Below are positions 44,709 to 57,171 of a stretch of DNA of 64,000 nucleotides, one piece after another. The stretch is from the NCBI GenBank assembly GCA_047605325.1, contig JASGFX010000005.1:2561-66560 (forward strand), read 5' to 3'. The notes under the pieces were generated by a model, which was given only the letters and a program-made list of their open reading frames with translations, made no database searches and was not told the DNA's origin. This stretch comes from Solirubrobacterales bacterium. GTDB lineage: Bacteria > Actinomycetota > Thermoleophilia > Solirubrobacterales > JACPNS01. The first letter of the stretch is position 1. Each line of letters begins with the position of its first letter. A program made the translations under genes and the position numbers.

Positions 44709-45442
44709 GCGAATCATCCGAAACTCGCGTGGCGCTTGTCACCGGCGCCTCGCGCGGAATCGGTCGCGCCACCGCCGCGCTGCTCGCGCGGAACGGGCAT
44801 GACGTCGCGATCACGTACTCGAGTGACGCGGACGGCGCGGCGGAAACGCTCGCCGCGATCGAGGGTGCGGGGCAGAAGGGCCTCGTGATCCAGGCCGACG
44901 TACGCAGCGCCGAGTCGGTCGACGCGGCCTTCAAGGAGATCGAAGAGAAGCTTGGTCCCGTCACCGTGCTCGTAAACAATGCCGGCGTGCGCCACGACAC
45001 GCTTGCGCTCAGGCAGTCCGACGAGGACTGGGGCGACACGCTCGACACAAATCTCACCGGTTCGTTCTACTGCTCGCGCGCCGCGCTGCGCGGGATGGTC
45101 CGCGCGCGCTGGGGCAGGATCGTGATGATCTCCTCGGTCGCCGGACTGCACGGCAATCCCGGTCAGGCCGCCTATGGCGCCTCGAAGGCCGGCATGGTCG
45201 GGCTTGCCCGCACGTTGGCCAAGGAGTACGCCCGCAAGAACGTAACCGTCAACGTGGTCGCGCCGGGGCCGGTCGCCACGGCGATGACCGAAGGGCTCGT
45301 CCACAAGATTTCAGAGGCCGTGCCACTCGGCAGGCCCGGTACGGTTGACGAGATCGCTGCGGCGGTCGTATTTCTCGCTTCCGATGGCGCGGCATACGTG
45401 ACCGGCGCCGTTCTCCCCGTCGATGGCGGCATGACCGCCTGA
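44705..45442 (+). CDS. fabG: 3-oxoacyl-ACP reductase (SDR)
   Basis: TGASRGIGRA, NNAG, YGASKAG catalytic motif. 4-nt overlap with fabH. Confidence 0.9.
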   Translation: MSESSETRVALVTGASRGIGRATAALLARNGHDVAITYSSDADGAAETLAAIEGAGQKGLVIQADVRSAESVDAAFKEIEEKLGPVTVLVNNAGVRHDTLALRQSDEDWGDTLDTNLTGSFYCSRAALRGMVRARWGRIVMISSVAGLHGNPGQAAYGASKAGMVGLARTLAKEYARKNVTVNVVAPGPVATAMTEGLVHKISEAVPLGRPGTVDEIAAAVVFLASDGAAYVTGAVLPVDGGMTA

Positions 45443-45492
45443 TCGCCGATTAACTTTCACATTCAATTCGACCCTGAAAGGCCCGACCAAAG

Positions 45493-45732
45493 ATGGCTGT
45501 GACCTCCGAAGAAGTCCTGAACAAGATCAAGGAGATCGTCCCGAAGTTCGGTGTGAACCCGGACGACGTGACCGATGCTTCGACGCTCGAGGACCTCGAC
45601 ATGGACTCGCTCGACGTCGTCGAGATCATGCAGGCGATCGAGGATGACCTCGGTATTCGCGTTCCGGACGAGGACCTCGAGGACCTCACGACGATCGGCG
45701 ACGCCGTCGCTGCAGTCGTCAAGAACGGCTAG
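45493..45732 (+). CDS. acpP: Acyl carrier protein
   Basis: 79 aa. LDMDSLDVVEIM phosphopantetheine attachment site. Confidence 0.9.
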   Translation: MAVTSEEVLNKIKEIVPKFGVNPDDVTDASTLEDLDMDSLDVVEIMQAIEDDLGIRVPDEDLEDLTTIGDAVAAVVKNG

Positions 45733-45750
45733 TCCGTTCATCTGCGCGCC

Positions 45751-46938
45751 GTGTCTGCCGCACCGTTGACCAAAGTCGTGATCACCGGGATCGGGGCGAT
45801 CTCGCCCGGTGGCGTGGGCGCTGACGGCCTCTGGGAGGCCGCGACGGCCGGGCGTTCGCTCCCCGAGGGCGACGTCGCGGTCAGCCCCGACATCACCGAC
45901 ATGCTCACGATCAAGGAGTCTCGCCGGCTCGACAAGTTCGCGCGCTTCGGTCTGATCGCCGCGCGTGAGGCCGTCGCCGACGCGGGCGTCGACTTCAGTG
46001 AGCTCGACCGCGAACGCTGCGGCGCCGTGGTCGGCACTGGCATCGGCGGCTTCGAGACGATCGACGACGGCATGGAGATCCTGCGCACGAAGGGACCGCG
46101 CATGGTCCCGGCCACGAGCGTCCCGATGCTGATGCCGAATGCCGCGATCGCCGCGGTCACCAAGGACTTCGGCATCTGGGGCCCCGGTCACTGCGTCGTC
46201 TCTGCCTGTGCGTCAGGCAACCATTCGATCGGTGAGGCCAAGCGCATGATCGAGTACGGCCATGCCGATCTCGTGGTCGCCGGCAGCGCCGAGACCGCGA
46301 ACCGCCCGCTCGCCACCAGCGCCTTCCGCGCGATGGGCGCGATGACGTCTAAGGGCGTCTCACGTCCGTTCGACGCGGAGCGCGACGGTTTCGTGATGGG
46401 CGAGGGCGCCGGCATGCTGATCCTCGAGTCCGAGGAGCACGCCAAGGCGCGCGGAGCACGTGTGCTCGCAGAGCTGGCCGGCTACGGCGCGACCAACGAC
46501 GCCTTTCACCTGGTCCAGCCCGATCCCGAGGGCCGCGGCGCCAAGTCGGCAATGACGAAGGCGATCAAGGAGGCGGGCATCGTCCCGACCGACATCGACT
46601 ACATCAATGCCCATGGCACCAGCACCCCGTACAACGATCTCTCCGAGACGAAGGCCGTGAAGGCCGTCTGGGGCGACGCGACACCTCCGCCGATGTCCTC
46701 GACGAAGTCGCTGGTCGGCCACATGATGGGCGCTTCTGGGTCGATCGAGGCCGTTGTGGCCGTCAAGTCGATCCTTGAGAATCGCGCCCACCCGACCGTG
46801 AACCTGAAGACTCCCGACCCGGAGTGCGACCTCGACTACATCCCTGAGGGCGTCCGCGAGTTCGAGATCAACACGGTGCTCTCGAACTCGTTCGGATTCG
46901 GCGGGCACAACGCCTGTCTCGTCTTCAAGGGCGTCTGA
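45751..46938 (+). CDS. fabF: 3-oxoacyl-ACP synthase II
   Basis: Active-site SACASG, NAHGTSTP, HMMGASG, and a C-terminal NSFGFGGHN. Confidence 0.9.
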   Translation: MSAAPLTKVVITGIGAISPGGVGADGLWEAATAGRSLPEGDVAVSPDITDMLTIKESRRLDKFARFGLIAAREAVADAGVDFSELDRERCGAVVGTGIGGFETIDDGMEILRTKGPRMVPATSVPMLMPNAAIAAVTKDFGIWGPGHCVVSACASGNHSIGEAKRMIEYGHADLVVAGSAETANRPLATSAFRAMGAMTSKGVSRPFDAERDGFVMGEGAGMLILESEEHAKARGARVLAELAGYGATNDAFHLVQPDPEGRGAKSAMTKAIKEAGIVPTDIDYINAHGTSTPYNDLSETKAVKAVWGDATPPPMSSTKSLVGHMMGASGSIEAVVAVKSILENRAHPTVNLKTPDPECDLDYIPEGVREFEINTVLSNSFGFGGHNACLVFKGV

Positions 46939-46945
46939 TTCGCTG

Positions 46946-47734
46946 ATGGGCATCCTCGAGGGCAAGAAGCTGCTGATCACTGGGGTTTTGACGCCCCAGT
47001 CGCTGGCTTTTCACGTGGCCCAGCGGGCGCAGGAGGAGGGGGCCGTCGTGGCTCTTTCGTCTTTTGGCCGGATGATGTCTTTGACTGAGCGCACGGCGAA
47101 TCGTCTTGACGGCGACGTCGCGCTTGTGGAATTGGATGTCAATGATGAGGAGCACCTGGCCGCGCTTCCGGCGGCGGTTGATGGGGCTCTTGGCGGATTG
47201 GACGGCGTGCTGCACGCGATCGCGTTCGCACCCGAAGACGCATTGGGCGGCAAGTTCATGAGCGCCCCGGCTGAAAGCGCCGAACTGGCGTTTCGCACTT
47301 CGGCCTACTCGTACAAAGCCGTCGCCGGCGCGCTTCTGCCGCTGCTCGAAAAGAGCGAAGGGGAGGCCTCGCTGGTCGGACTCGACTTCGACGCCACCGT
47401 CGCCTGGCCGATCTACGACTGGATGGGCGTGGCGAAGGCCGCGCTCGAGTCGGTCAACCGTTATCTGGCCCGCGATCTCGGCCCGTACGGCGTGCGCTCG
47501 AACCTCGTGAGCGCCGGCCCGCTGCGCACGATGGCGGCCAAGGGCATCCCCGGCTTCAAGGATCTCGCCGAAATGTGGCCCGCTCATGCGCCGCTCGGCT
47601 GGGACATCGAGGATCCGATCCCAGTCGCAAACACGGTCTGCTTCCTGCTTTCCGACCTCGCCAAGGCGATCAGCGGCGAGATCATCCACGTCGACGGCGG
47701 CTTCCACGCCATCGGCGCCCCCTCGCCCGAATAG
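46946..47734 (+). CDS. fabI: Enoyl-ACP reductase (FabI/InhA type)
   Basis: 262 aa SDR-like. LITGV near the N-terminus, YDWMGVAKAALES (Y-x6-K), GEIIHVDGG. Confidence 0.85.
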   Translation: MGILEGKKLLITGVLTPQSLAFHVAQRAQEEGAVVALSSFGRMMSLTERTANRLDGDVALVELDVNDEEHLAALPAAVDGALGGLDGVLHAIAFAPEDALGGKFMSAPAESAELAFRTSAYSYKAVAGALLPLLEKSEGEASLVGLDFDATVAWPIYDWMGVAKAALESVNRYLARDLGPYGVRSNLVSAGPLRTMAAKGIPGFKDLAEMWPAHAPLGWDIEDPIPVANTVCFLLSDLAKAISGEIIHVDGGFHAIGAPSPE

Positions 47735-47736
47735 CG

Positions 47737-47959
47737 GGCGGATTCAAGCCTCAAATCCTCCATGGTCTCTCCCGGAAGGGGAGACCATGGATCAAACACC
47801 CCTTGAACAAGCCAGATCCGCCTCCAACTCTGCGCGAAAAGCGCAAAGTTGGAGAGAAGATCGCCCGCAGAGAGCACCGCTGATCCTTCGTCGCAGGCGG
47901 CGAAGCCGCCCCAGCTCGACCACCTCCAGCCCAAACAAACCTCGCACGACGCCAGTCAA
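47737..47959. repeat. Half-copy (single module) of the structured intergenic repeat family
   Basis: CCATGGTCTCTCCC-GGAA-GGGGAGACCATGG, TCCAACTCTGCGCGAAAAGCGCAAAGTTGGA, GGCGGCGAAGCCGCC, CA-rich tract, terminal CACGACGCCAGTCAA. Confidence 0.75.
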
Positions 47960-48020
47960 CAACCAAACCAACCAGCGCCCCAAGGGAGGAAACCAGCCAC
48001 CCTCAAGGAAGGACACCCCG

Positions 48021-48782
48021 ATGAACGCAGCAGAAGCAGTGCGAAAGATGGGCTCGCCCGTGATCGAGTTCGATCAGGTGTCGAAGGTCTATGACGATGG
48101 CACCGTCGGTCTGGAAGGCGCCTCGACCGTGATCCGCGAGGGCGAATTCGTCTTCCTCGTCGGACCGACCGGGTGCGGAAAGTCGACCTTCATCCGTTTG
48201 ATGATGAAGGAGTTCGACGCCACCGACGGCCATCTCTACATCGCTGGCCGCGAGATCACGCACATGGATCCCAAGCGCGTGCCCTACCTGCGCCGCAACA
48301 TCGGCGCGGTGTTCCAGGACTTCAAGCTTCTGCCCAACCGCACGGTCTACGACAACGTCGCCTATTCGCTGCTCGTGACCGGGGCCAAGCGCGCCGAGAT
48401 CCGACAGAAAGTGCCGCACATCCTGCGCCTGGTCGGGCTTTCGACCAAGCTTCACAACTACCCCGACCAGCTCTCGGGCGGCGAGCAGCAGCGCGTCAGC
48501 ATCGCGCGCGCGTTCGTCAACCACCCGCCGCTGCTGATCTGTGACGAGCCGACCGGAAACCTCGACCCCGAGACCTCGCTCGGCATCATGCAGCTGATCT
48601 ACCGGATCAACCGCACGGGCACGACCGTCGTCGTGGCGACCCACGACAAGCAGATGGTCGACCGCATGCGCCGCCGCGTGATCGAGCTCAAGGACTCGCA
48701 CATCATCCGCGATGAGCGCGGCGCCGGCTACACGCGCGAATTTGACGCGATCAACGATACGCACCAGGTGGACGCCGCATGA
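48021..48782 (+). CDS. ftsE: Cell-division ABC ATPase FtsE
   Basis: Track ORF trimmed to the ATG at 48021, 8 nt after AAGGAAGGA. Walker [30 protein letters not shown]. Confidence 0.9.
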   Translation: MNAAEAVRKMGSPVIEFDQVSKVYDDGTVGLEGASTVIREGEFVFLVGPTGCGKSTFIRLMMKEFDATDGHLYIAGREITHMDPKRVPYLRRNIGAVFQDFKLLPNRTVYDNVAYSLLVTGAKRAEIRQKVPHILRLVGLSTKLHNYPDQLSGGEQQRVSIARAFVNHPPLLICDEPTGNLDPETSLGIMQLIYRINRTGTTVVVATHDKQMVDRMRRRVIELKDSHIIRDERGAGYTREFDAINDTHQVDAA

Positions 48783-49672
48783 ACTTCCGCTTTTTCATCA
48801 ACGAGGCGTTGCGCACCCTGCGCCGCAACTCGGCGCCGAGCATCGCGGCTTTCCTGACTGTGATGGTCACGACGCTGGTGCTCGGCGTGTTCATCCCGAT
48901 CACCAACATCGCGACCGGCGCCGCGAACGACGTGCGCAGCCGCCTGATGGTCGAAGTGTTTCTCAAGGACGCCGCGACGCAGGCCCAGGTCGATCAGCTC
49001 AAGACCAAGCTTCAGGACCTGCCGTACACGAAGTCGGTGACCTATGTCTCCAAGGACGACGCCAAGGAGAGTCTTTCGGGCACGCTCAAGGAGGCCAGCG
49101 AGCTGCTCGGCAAGAACCCGCTTCCCGCCTCATTCCGCGTGACGCCGAACGACCCAGACCAGGTCGACAAGATCGTCGCCGCGGTGCGTACGACCAACGC
49201 CGACGGCAAGACGACATACATCAGCGCCGCGGTTGATGACGTCCAGAACCGCGAGGACCAGACCGACAAGATCCTGACGATCACCGGCGGCGTGAAGTTC
49301 GCCATGTGGGGCCTGGCGATCCTGCTGATCCTCACGACGGCCCTGCTCGTCGGCAATACGATCCGCCTCTCGATCTACGCGCGCCGCCGCGAAGTCGAGG
49401 TGATGCGGATGGTCGGCGCGACCAGCTGGTTCATCCGCTGGCCGTTCGTGATCGAGGGCGTCTTCGTCGGCGCGGCCGGAGGCCTCACGGCGATCCTGCT
49501 GCTCCTGCTGTTCAAGGAGACGATCATCGACCCGGTCTCAGACCGCTTCGCGCTGTTTGCCGCTCCGGACACGATCAACTTCTGGGCGCTGACACTGATC
49601 CTGATCGTCTCGTCGATCGGCATCTCGGCCGCCGGGTCGGGCCTCACGCTGCGTCGCTTCCTGCGCGTTTGA
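48779..49672 (+). CDS. ftsX: Cell-division permease-like protein FtsX
   Basis: 4-nt overlap with ftsE. One TM helix, a periplasmic domain, then three TM helices. Typical FtsX topology. Confidence 0.85.
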   Translation: MNFRFFINEALRTLRRNSAPSIAAFLTVMVTTLVLGVFIPITNIATGAANDVRSRLMVEVFLKDAATQAQVDQLKTKLQDLPYTKSVTYVSKDDAKESLSGTLKEASELLGKNPLPASFRVTPNDPDQVDKIVAAVRTTNADGKTTYISAAVDDVQNREDQTDKILTITGGVKFAMWGLAILLILTTALLVGNTIRLSIYARRREVEVMRMVGATSWFIRWPFVIEGVFVGAAGGLTAILLLLLFKETIIDPVSDRFALFAAPDTINFWALTLILIVSSIGISAAGSGLTLRRFLRV

Positions 49673-49704
49673 GCAAGGCCAGCATCTAGGGTGCGCGGGG
49701 CAGG

Positions 49705-50903
49705 ATGCGTTACCTGATCGCCATACTCGCCCTCGTCGCGGCACTCTTCGCCGGGATCTACATCGGTGCGTACCCGGACACGCCGGTTGTCGGCGGGCTC
49801 AAGGGCGTGATTGCGCCCGATCGTGCCGAGATCCCTGTCGATCAGGTCCAGAACCTGATCGAGAACGATTTCTACCGCAAGGTGCCCGACTCGAAGGTGA
49901 CCAACGGCTCGATCTCCGGGATGATCGAGAGCCTGAACGACCCCTATTCGCACTACTTCGACCCGGAGCAGAACAAGGCGTTCGAGCAGTCGATCAACGG
50001 CAGCTACACGGGCGTCGGCGTAGCGGTGCTCGAGCACAAGCGCGGCCTGCGCATCACGACCGTCTACGACGGATCGCCCGCGAGCGACGCGAGTCTGAAG
50101 AAGGGCGACGTGATCACCAAGGTCAACGACAAGTCGATCGCAGGGCTGTCGGCCGATGCGGCTGTCGCGAAGGTCAAAGGACCGGAGGGAACGAAGGTGA
50201 CACTCACCGTCGCTGAGCCGGGCGCCAAGAATCCGAACAGACTCGGCGAGGAGCGCGCGGTCACGCTGACGCGCAAGGCAATCGACATCCCGGTCGCCGA
50301 GGGCAAGCTCTATAGGCGCGATGGCCAGAAGGTCGGCTATGTGTCGCTGGCGCAGTTCACGGCCAACGCCGGCCGTCTCGTGCTCGCGCAGGTCGACAAG
50401 CTCAAGAAGCAGGGCGCGAACGCCTGGATCCTCGACCTGCGCGGAAACCCCGGTGGCCGTCTCGACCAGGCCGTTTCGGTGAGCAGCATCTTCGTCCCGA
50501 CCGGAATGATCGTCGCTACCGACGGCCGCTCCGTGACGCGGCGCGAATACAACGCGATCAAGAGCGACTTCCGCACGGCTCAGCCGCTCGTGGTGCTGGT
50601 CGACAAGGGATCGGCAAGCGCTTCCGAGATCACCTCGGGTGCTCTGAAATACCGCGATCGCGGCCTGATCGTCGGTACGCGCACGTTCGGCAAGGGGGTC
50701 TTCCAGGAGGTCACCGAGCTGAAGAACGGCGGCGCGGTGTCGCTGACGATCGGTCGCTACGAGCTGCCGGGCAAGCACTTCATCACCAAGGCCGGCCTGA
50801 AGCCGGACATCACCGTCTCCGAGAACCCGAAGAAGTCCGGCGACGAGCAGTTGAGCGCTGGATTCGCGGCGCTCGCGAAGTTGGCCGCCGGCGACGGCAA
50901 GCA

Positions 50904-50907
<4 letters not shown>
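49705..50907 (+). CDS. S41 C-terminal processing peptidase with a PDZ domain
   Basis: PDZ-like segment GSPASDASLKKGDVITKVND. LDLRGNPGG, and GSASASEI with the catalytic Ser. Confidence 0.85.
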
Positions 50908-52804
<1,897 letters not shown>

Positions 52805-52805
<1 letters not shown>

Positions 52806-53290
52806 TGGCCAAGGGCAAGAAAAAGAAGGTCGACCCCGGCGACATCGCTACCAATCGCGAAGCACGCTTTCGCTATGAGCTCTCCGATCCGGTCGAAGCT
52901 GGGATCATGCTCGTCGGCAGCGAGGTCAAGTCGCTGCGCGAGGGCGGGGTACAGATGAAAGACGCCTACGCCGACGTCAAGGACGGCGAGGTCTGGCTGC
53001 GCAATCTCCACATCGCGCCGTACAAGTTCGCCGGCAACGAGAACCACGAGCCCGAGCGGCCGCGCAAGCTGCTGCTCCACCGCCGCGAGATCGACCGCAT
53101 CGTCGGCAAGCTCGCCGAGCGCGGTTACTCGTTGATTCCGACGCGTGTGTACTTCGCCAACGGCCGCGCAAAGGTCGAACTCGCTCTCGGTCGCGGCAAG
53201 GACGTCGGCGACAAGCGCCAAGCGATCAAAGAACGCGAGATGAAGCGAGAGATGGACCGCGCCGGGGCAGACTTCCGGCGCGGCCGCTGA
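52805..53290 (+). CDS. smpB: SsrA-binding protein
   Basis: IATNREARFRYEL, GSEVKSLR, LLLHRREI. TGATG overlap with rnr. Confidence 0.9.
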
Positions 53291-53296
53291 CTCTCT

Positions 53297-55021
53297 CTAT
53301 TTGCAGACCTTGAACTTCGCGGTCTTGGTCTGCACGCGCCCCTTGGGGAAGCTGCTGTCGACCTTGAAGTACACCTTGACCTTGTACTTGTAGGTCTTGC
53401 CGGCCTTCAGCTTGAGTTTGCTCGAGAGCTTGGCCTTCAGCTTGTAAGGCGACTTCGACGACTTCTTGACGTACTTGTTGTTGATCCAGAGCTTCGCGTA
53501 GCGCACGTGCGAGCGGGCCTTGATCGTCGGGGTCACGCTGAGCGTGGATCCCTTTTTCAGGCACTTGCTCACACTCTTGATCGACACGTTGTAGTTGAAG
53601 CAAGGGGGAGTCGTGTACTTGGTTGGTGAGTCGAACGACTGCACCTGGCCCTGGTAGCTCGTGATGTCGAAGTGCGTCGAGCCGCCGTCGACCGGAGTCG
53701 ATCCGTTGGTCGGGCACTTCTGCACCATCAGCAGGCCATTGTTGCCGCCCGCGATGCTCAGGTCGAAGGTCGAGAATCCGACGCCTGGAATGTTGTCGAA
53801 GGTCGTCTGGATCTGGTTGATGTTGACGAACTGGTTGGTGCCGCGGACGTTGAACTCGATCGCGCCCTTCACGTGGATCCCGAGATCCGGCAGGTTGTGT
53901 CCGGCCGAGGGTTTCACGAGATATGCCTCGCCGGAGAGACCGGCAGTGATCATCGGCGTCGTCAGGTGCACGGTGCCGACTTGGGTTGATGCCGGGCACT
54001 GGAACGCGGCGAAGGCCTCGTTGGTGCAGACGCGGCCGAGCTGGGCGACGTCGATCGTCAGGCCCTTGGGCAGCGTCGCGGTGACGGTCTTGGGCACAGC
54101 GGCTCCGATCGGGTCGGCGCCGAGGCCGTCGATCTTCAGCTGCGTTGAGAACGCCGCGTGGCCACCGCGAGTCGAGCCGTCGGCGTGCGCATCGGCGCCC
54201 ACGTTGAACGGGGCGAGCGTGTCGCAGTTGGGCTCGGTCGGCACGACGTCGGTCTTGAAATAGTCGTTCGTGCCGGTCTGGAACGGGTCGGAGTTGGCGC
54301 CGTCGTTGTTGTTGTAGAACTGCGCGTAGCCCCAGGAGTTCCAAGTGTCGCAGCGCGTCGGGTTGGTGATGAACACGTTGCCGTTGGCGAGCTTGCCGAA
54401 GAGCTTCTGCTCGTACTTGGTGATCTGCACTCGAGCCGAACCGAGGATCGTGTTTGCCGTCGTCGGGAACGGGTCGGTCTCTGCGCGGATGCGGAAGTCG
54501 CCGTCAGGGCCGGACGTGACCGGGTAGAACTTCGCGTACGCGCGGATCGGATCGCCGGCGTTGATGCCGCCGAGCTTGGGCTGGATGTACGCGCCGACGA
54601 CGGTGGGCACCTCGGGATCGGTCTGGATCTCTGAGATCGTGCCGGTCATGTCGGTGAGGTCGATCGGTAGAAGGCCGAAGATGTACGCCTTGGCGCTGAT
54701 TGTCACGACGCCGATCTGGCTCTTGGCGTCGCAGGTCGACGAGTCGAAGGTCTCGCGTGTACAGCGGTCCGCATAGGGGATCGCGTTCGGGTTGCCGACT
54801 CCGCCCGCGGGAAGATCGATCAGGATCTTCTTGACCGTCTCGCTGGTGTCGCTCCCGTAGTTGAAAGTGACGCCGGTCGTCAGGTCGCCGTGGCCGCCGG
54901 TCGCGGTGTCGGTGGTGCCGCCATAAGGCGTTGCAGTCACTGCTGCGAAGGTATTCGGCGCCGCCGCCAGGCAGCAGATGGATACGGCCAGAAGCGCAAT
55001 TCGCAGCTTGTTTGAAAACAC
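53297..55021 (-). CDS. Large secreted protein of unknown function, paralog A (574 aa)
   Basis: GTG start 8 nt after GGAGGA. Signal peptide ...NTFAA. Shares LPAGxxGNP, C...C-x-x-x-SQ[IV]G (twice), PTRCDxW[DN]S, FDN[IL]P and a Lys-rich C-terminal domain ending KFKVCK with 55174-57171 and 57501-59471. Confidence 0.75.
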   Translation of the reverse strand: MFSNKLRIALLAVSICCLAAAPNTFAAVTATPYGGTTDTATGGHGDLTTGVTFNYGSDTSETVKKILIDLPAGGVGNPNAIPYADRCTRETFDSSTCDAKSQIGVVTISAKAYIFGLLPIDLTDMTGTISEIQTDPEVPTVVGAYIQPKLGGINAGDPIRAYAKFYPVTSGPDGDFRIRAETDPFPTTANTILGSARVQITKYEQKLFGKLANGNVFITNPTRCDTWNSWGYAQFYNNNDGANSDPFQTGTNDYFKTDVVPTEPNCDTLAPFNVGADAHADGSTRGGHAAFSTQLKIDGLGADPIGAAVPKTVTATLPKGLTIDVAQLGRVCTNEAFAAFQCPASTQVGTVHLTTPMITAGLSGEAYLVKPSAGHNLPDLGIHVKGAIEFNVRGTNQFVNINQIQTTFDNIPGVGFSTFDLSIAGGNNGLLMVQKCPTNGSTPVDGGSTHFDITSYQGQVQSFDSPTKYTTPPCFNYNVSIKSVSKCLKKGSTLSVTPTIKARSHVRYAKLWINNKYVKKSSKSPYKLKAKLSSKLKLKAGKTYKYKVKVYFKVDSSFPKGRVQTKTAKFKVCK

Positions 55022-55109
55022 GTCTCAGTCCTCCAAGAAATCCGTTTCGCCGGCGAACACCCCGAACGCCGAACGAAAGGCGTATGCCCAAAAACGGGGA
55101 TCGTCAATC

Positions 55110-55146
55110 GCTTAAACGAAAACGGGGCCCGCGCGATGCGGGCCCC
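55110..55146 (-). terminator. Intrinsic terminator of paralog B
   Basis: Minus strand: GGGGCCCGC-AUCGC-GCGGGCCCC followed by GUUUUCGUUU. Confidence 0.75.
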
Positions 55147-55173
55147 GTCTCGGACAAGTGAGTCGTTTTGTGA

Positions 55174-57171
55174 CTACTTGCAGGTCTTGAACTTGTTGGT
55201 CTTCGTCTTGATGACGTGACCGTCCTTGTAGGTGACCTTGTAGCCGTAGTAGTAGGTCTTGTTCTTCTTGTAGGTGCTCTTCTTGAGAGTCAGCTTGAAG
55301 GAGAACGGGTTGGACGAGTCCTTGGCGCGGCTCTTGGTGCTGGAGGACTTGGAGCCCGTCAGCAGCTGCACGTTGGCGACCGTCGACTTGGCGATCAGGT
55401 TCTTCGGCGAAACGCTGAGCTTCTTGCCCTGCTTGACGCACTTGGTGACCTTGCCGGGGTTGTCCACGCCATAGCACGGAGCCAGTGAGGTGGCCGAGCT
55501 GCTCGAGGCGTTGGCGCCGGTGTAGCCGTTCATCGCGAAGGTGATCGGGCCATCATCCGGCGTGCTGCCGTCACCCGGGCACTTGCGGTTCAGCAGCAGC
55601 GAGTTGTTCGAGTCGCCACCGTTGATGTGGACCACGAAGCTGTCGAACGGCAGCGACGGGAGGTTGTCGAACGTGGTCTCGATCATGTTCGCGCTGGTGC
55701 CGACGAACTGGGTCGTGGCGTCGAGTCGGAACGTGAACGCGCCGGCCGGATCGTCGTTCGGGCCGTTGACCCAGATCGACAGGTACGGCAGACCCTGGGT
55801 GGCGCCGCGCGTCATGTACACGCGGCCGTGCTGCGTGGCGCTGAGCACCGGCGACGTGATGTCGGCGGTGCCGATCTGGCTGTTGGCCGGGCAGCTGTCG
55901 GTGACAAGCTGAGCCTGCTCACAGACGTTGCCGAGCGCAGCGGCGTTGACGGTGATCGTCGACGGCAGCGTCGTGACCAACTTCTTGGTCTTGTCGCGGT
56001 CGTCCGAGTTCGGGTTTGCGATGTTGACCGTCAGACCGGGGTATGCGCCGCGGGCGTTGTTGTCGACGGCCGCGGTGGCGCCGGCGGTCAGTGCGGGCTT
56101 GCTTCCGCTGCAGTCAGCAGTGGTGGGAGCAGAGTCGAACTCGGCGTACGAGCCGCTGCTGTCTCCGCCGCCCGGGTTTGCGGTGCCCTCGAGGGTGTGC
56201 GTCTGGGAATCGGTGCCGTGGGCGGCCACAACCTCGTTGCCAACTGGTCCGCTCGTGCCGTAGGTGCGCGCGTAGAGCGTTGAGTCCCAGTCACCGCACG
56301 TGGTCGGGTTGGTCTGGAACGCTGAGACTGCGGCGGAGTTGCCGTGCTCGCGTGGGTCGCCCCAGAGGCTCTGGGTGATTCCGGTGATCGCGCCGGTCAG
56401 CGAGTTGTCGGCGAGGCCGGCGGCCGGGCTGAGGTCCGGACGATCGATCAGCTCGGAGACTGAACGCAGGCGGTAGTCGCCCTGCGGTCCGCTGGTCACC
56501 GGAGCGATCTGAGTGCGCGAAAGTGCCGCAACGACGCAGTTGGTCTCAAGCGAGAGTGCGGCGCAGTTGGTCGAGGTCGTTTCGAACACGGTGAAGAGGG
56601 TCGTGGGGACCTCCTGCAGCGGGTCGGCCGACTGAACGACGTAGATCTTGCCGTCGAGGACCTTTGTGGCGATGCCACCGGCACCGGGGTCGTCCTTGAG
56701 GGTGAGGGTTGCGGTTCCGACCTGGGCGGAGGCGGGGCACTGTGCACCCGGCATCGGGCCATAGCCCGGCTTGAGCGCGTTCTTCTGGTACGAGCGCATC
56801 TGATCCTGGGTGCAGCGCGCAGCGAATGGAATCGCGCGTGGGTTGCCGTAGAAGCCGGCCGGCGTGTCGAGGATCCACTGCTTCAGGTCGTCGCCCGTGC
56901 GGCCAAAGCCGTCGTAGCAAGGGTTCGGGTAGGGCGGCACGGAAAGCGTGCAGCCGCTCGGGCTGCTCGGCATGCCGTCATAGGCATAGTGGTGGGTGAC
57001 GGTGAGGTCGCTGTGCGCGCCGGGCGTCGGGTCATCGAAACTGACGTCCACTCCGCTGCCGGCGGTGATGAAGTCTGCATTCGCAGCAGCAGGCATGACA
57101 AATGCCGCAAGCGCGGCGGCGGCCACGACGGCCAGACACAACCTCAGGCGAGTTGCCTTTGGACGGTTCAT
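55174..57171 (-). CDS. Large secreted protein of unknown function, paralog B (665 aa)
   Basis: ATG preceded by GGAGGA. Signal peptide ...PAAANA. Same motif set as paralog A. C-terminus KFKTCK. Confidence 0.75.
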   Translation of the reverse strand: MNRPKATRLRLCLAVVAAAALAAFVMPAAANADFITAGSGVDVSFDDPTPGAHSDLTVTHHYAYDGMPSSPSGCTLSVPPYPNPCYDGFGRTGDDLKQWILDTPAGFYGNPRAIPFAARCTQDQMRSYQKNALKPGYGPMPGAQCPASAQVGTATLTLKDDPGAGGIATKVLDGKIYVVQSADPLQEVPTTLFTVFETTSTNCAALSLETNCVVAALSRTQIAPVTSGPQGDYRLRSVSELIDRPDLSPAAGLADNSLTGAITGITQSLWGDPREHGNSAAVSAFQTNPTTCGDWDSTLYARTYGTSGPVGNEVVAAHGTDSQTHTLEGTANPGGGDSSGSYAEFDSAPTTADCSGSKPALTAGATAAVDNNARGAYPGLTVNIANPNSDDRDKTKKLVTTLPSTITVNAAALGNVCEQAQLVTDSCPANSQIGTADITSPVLSATQHGRVYMTRGATQGLPYLSIWVNGPNDDPAGAFTFRLDATTQFVGTSANMIETTFDNLPSLPFDSFVVHINGGDSNNSLLLNRKCPGDGSTPDDGPITFAMNGYTGANASSSSATSLAPCYGVDNPGKVTKCVKQGKKLSVSPKNLIAKSTVANVQLLTGSKSSSTKSRAKDSSNPFSFKLTLKKSTYKKNKTYYYGYKVTYKDGHVIKTKTNKFKTCK

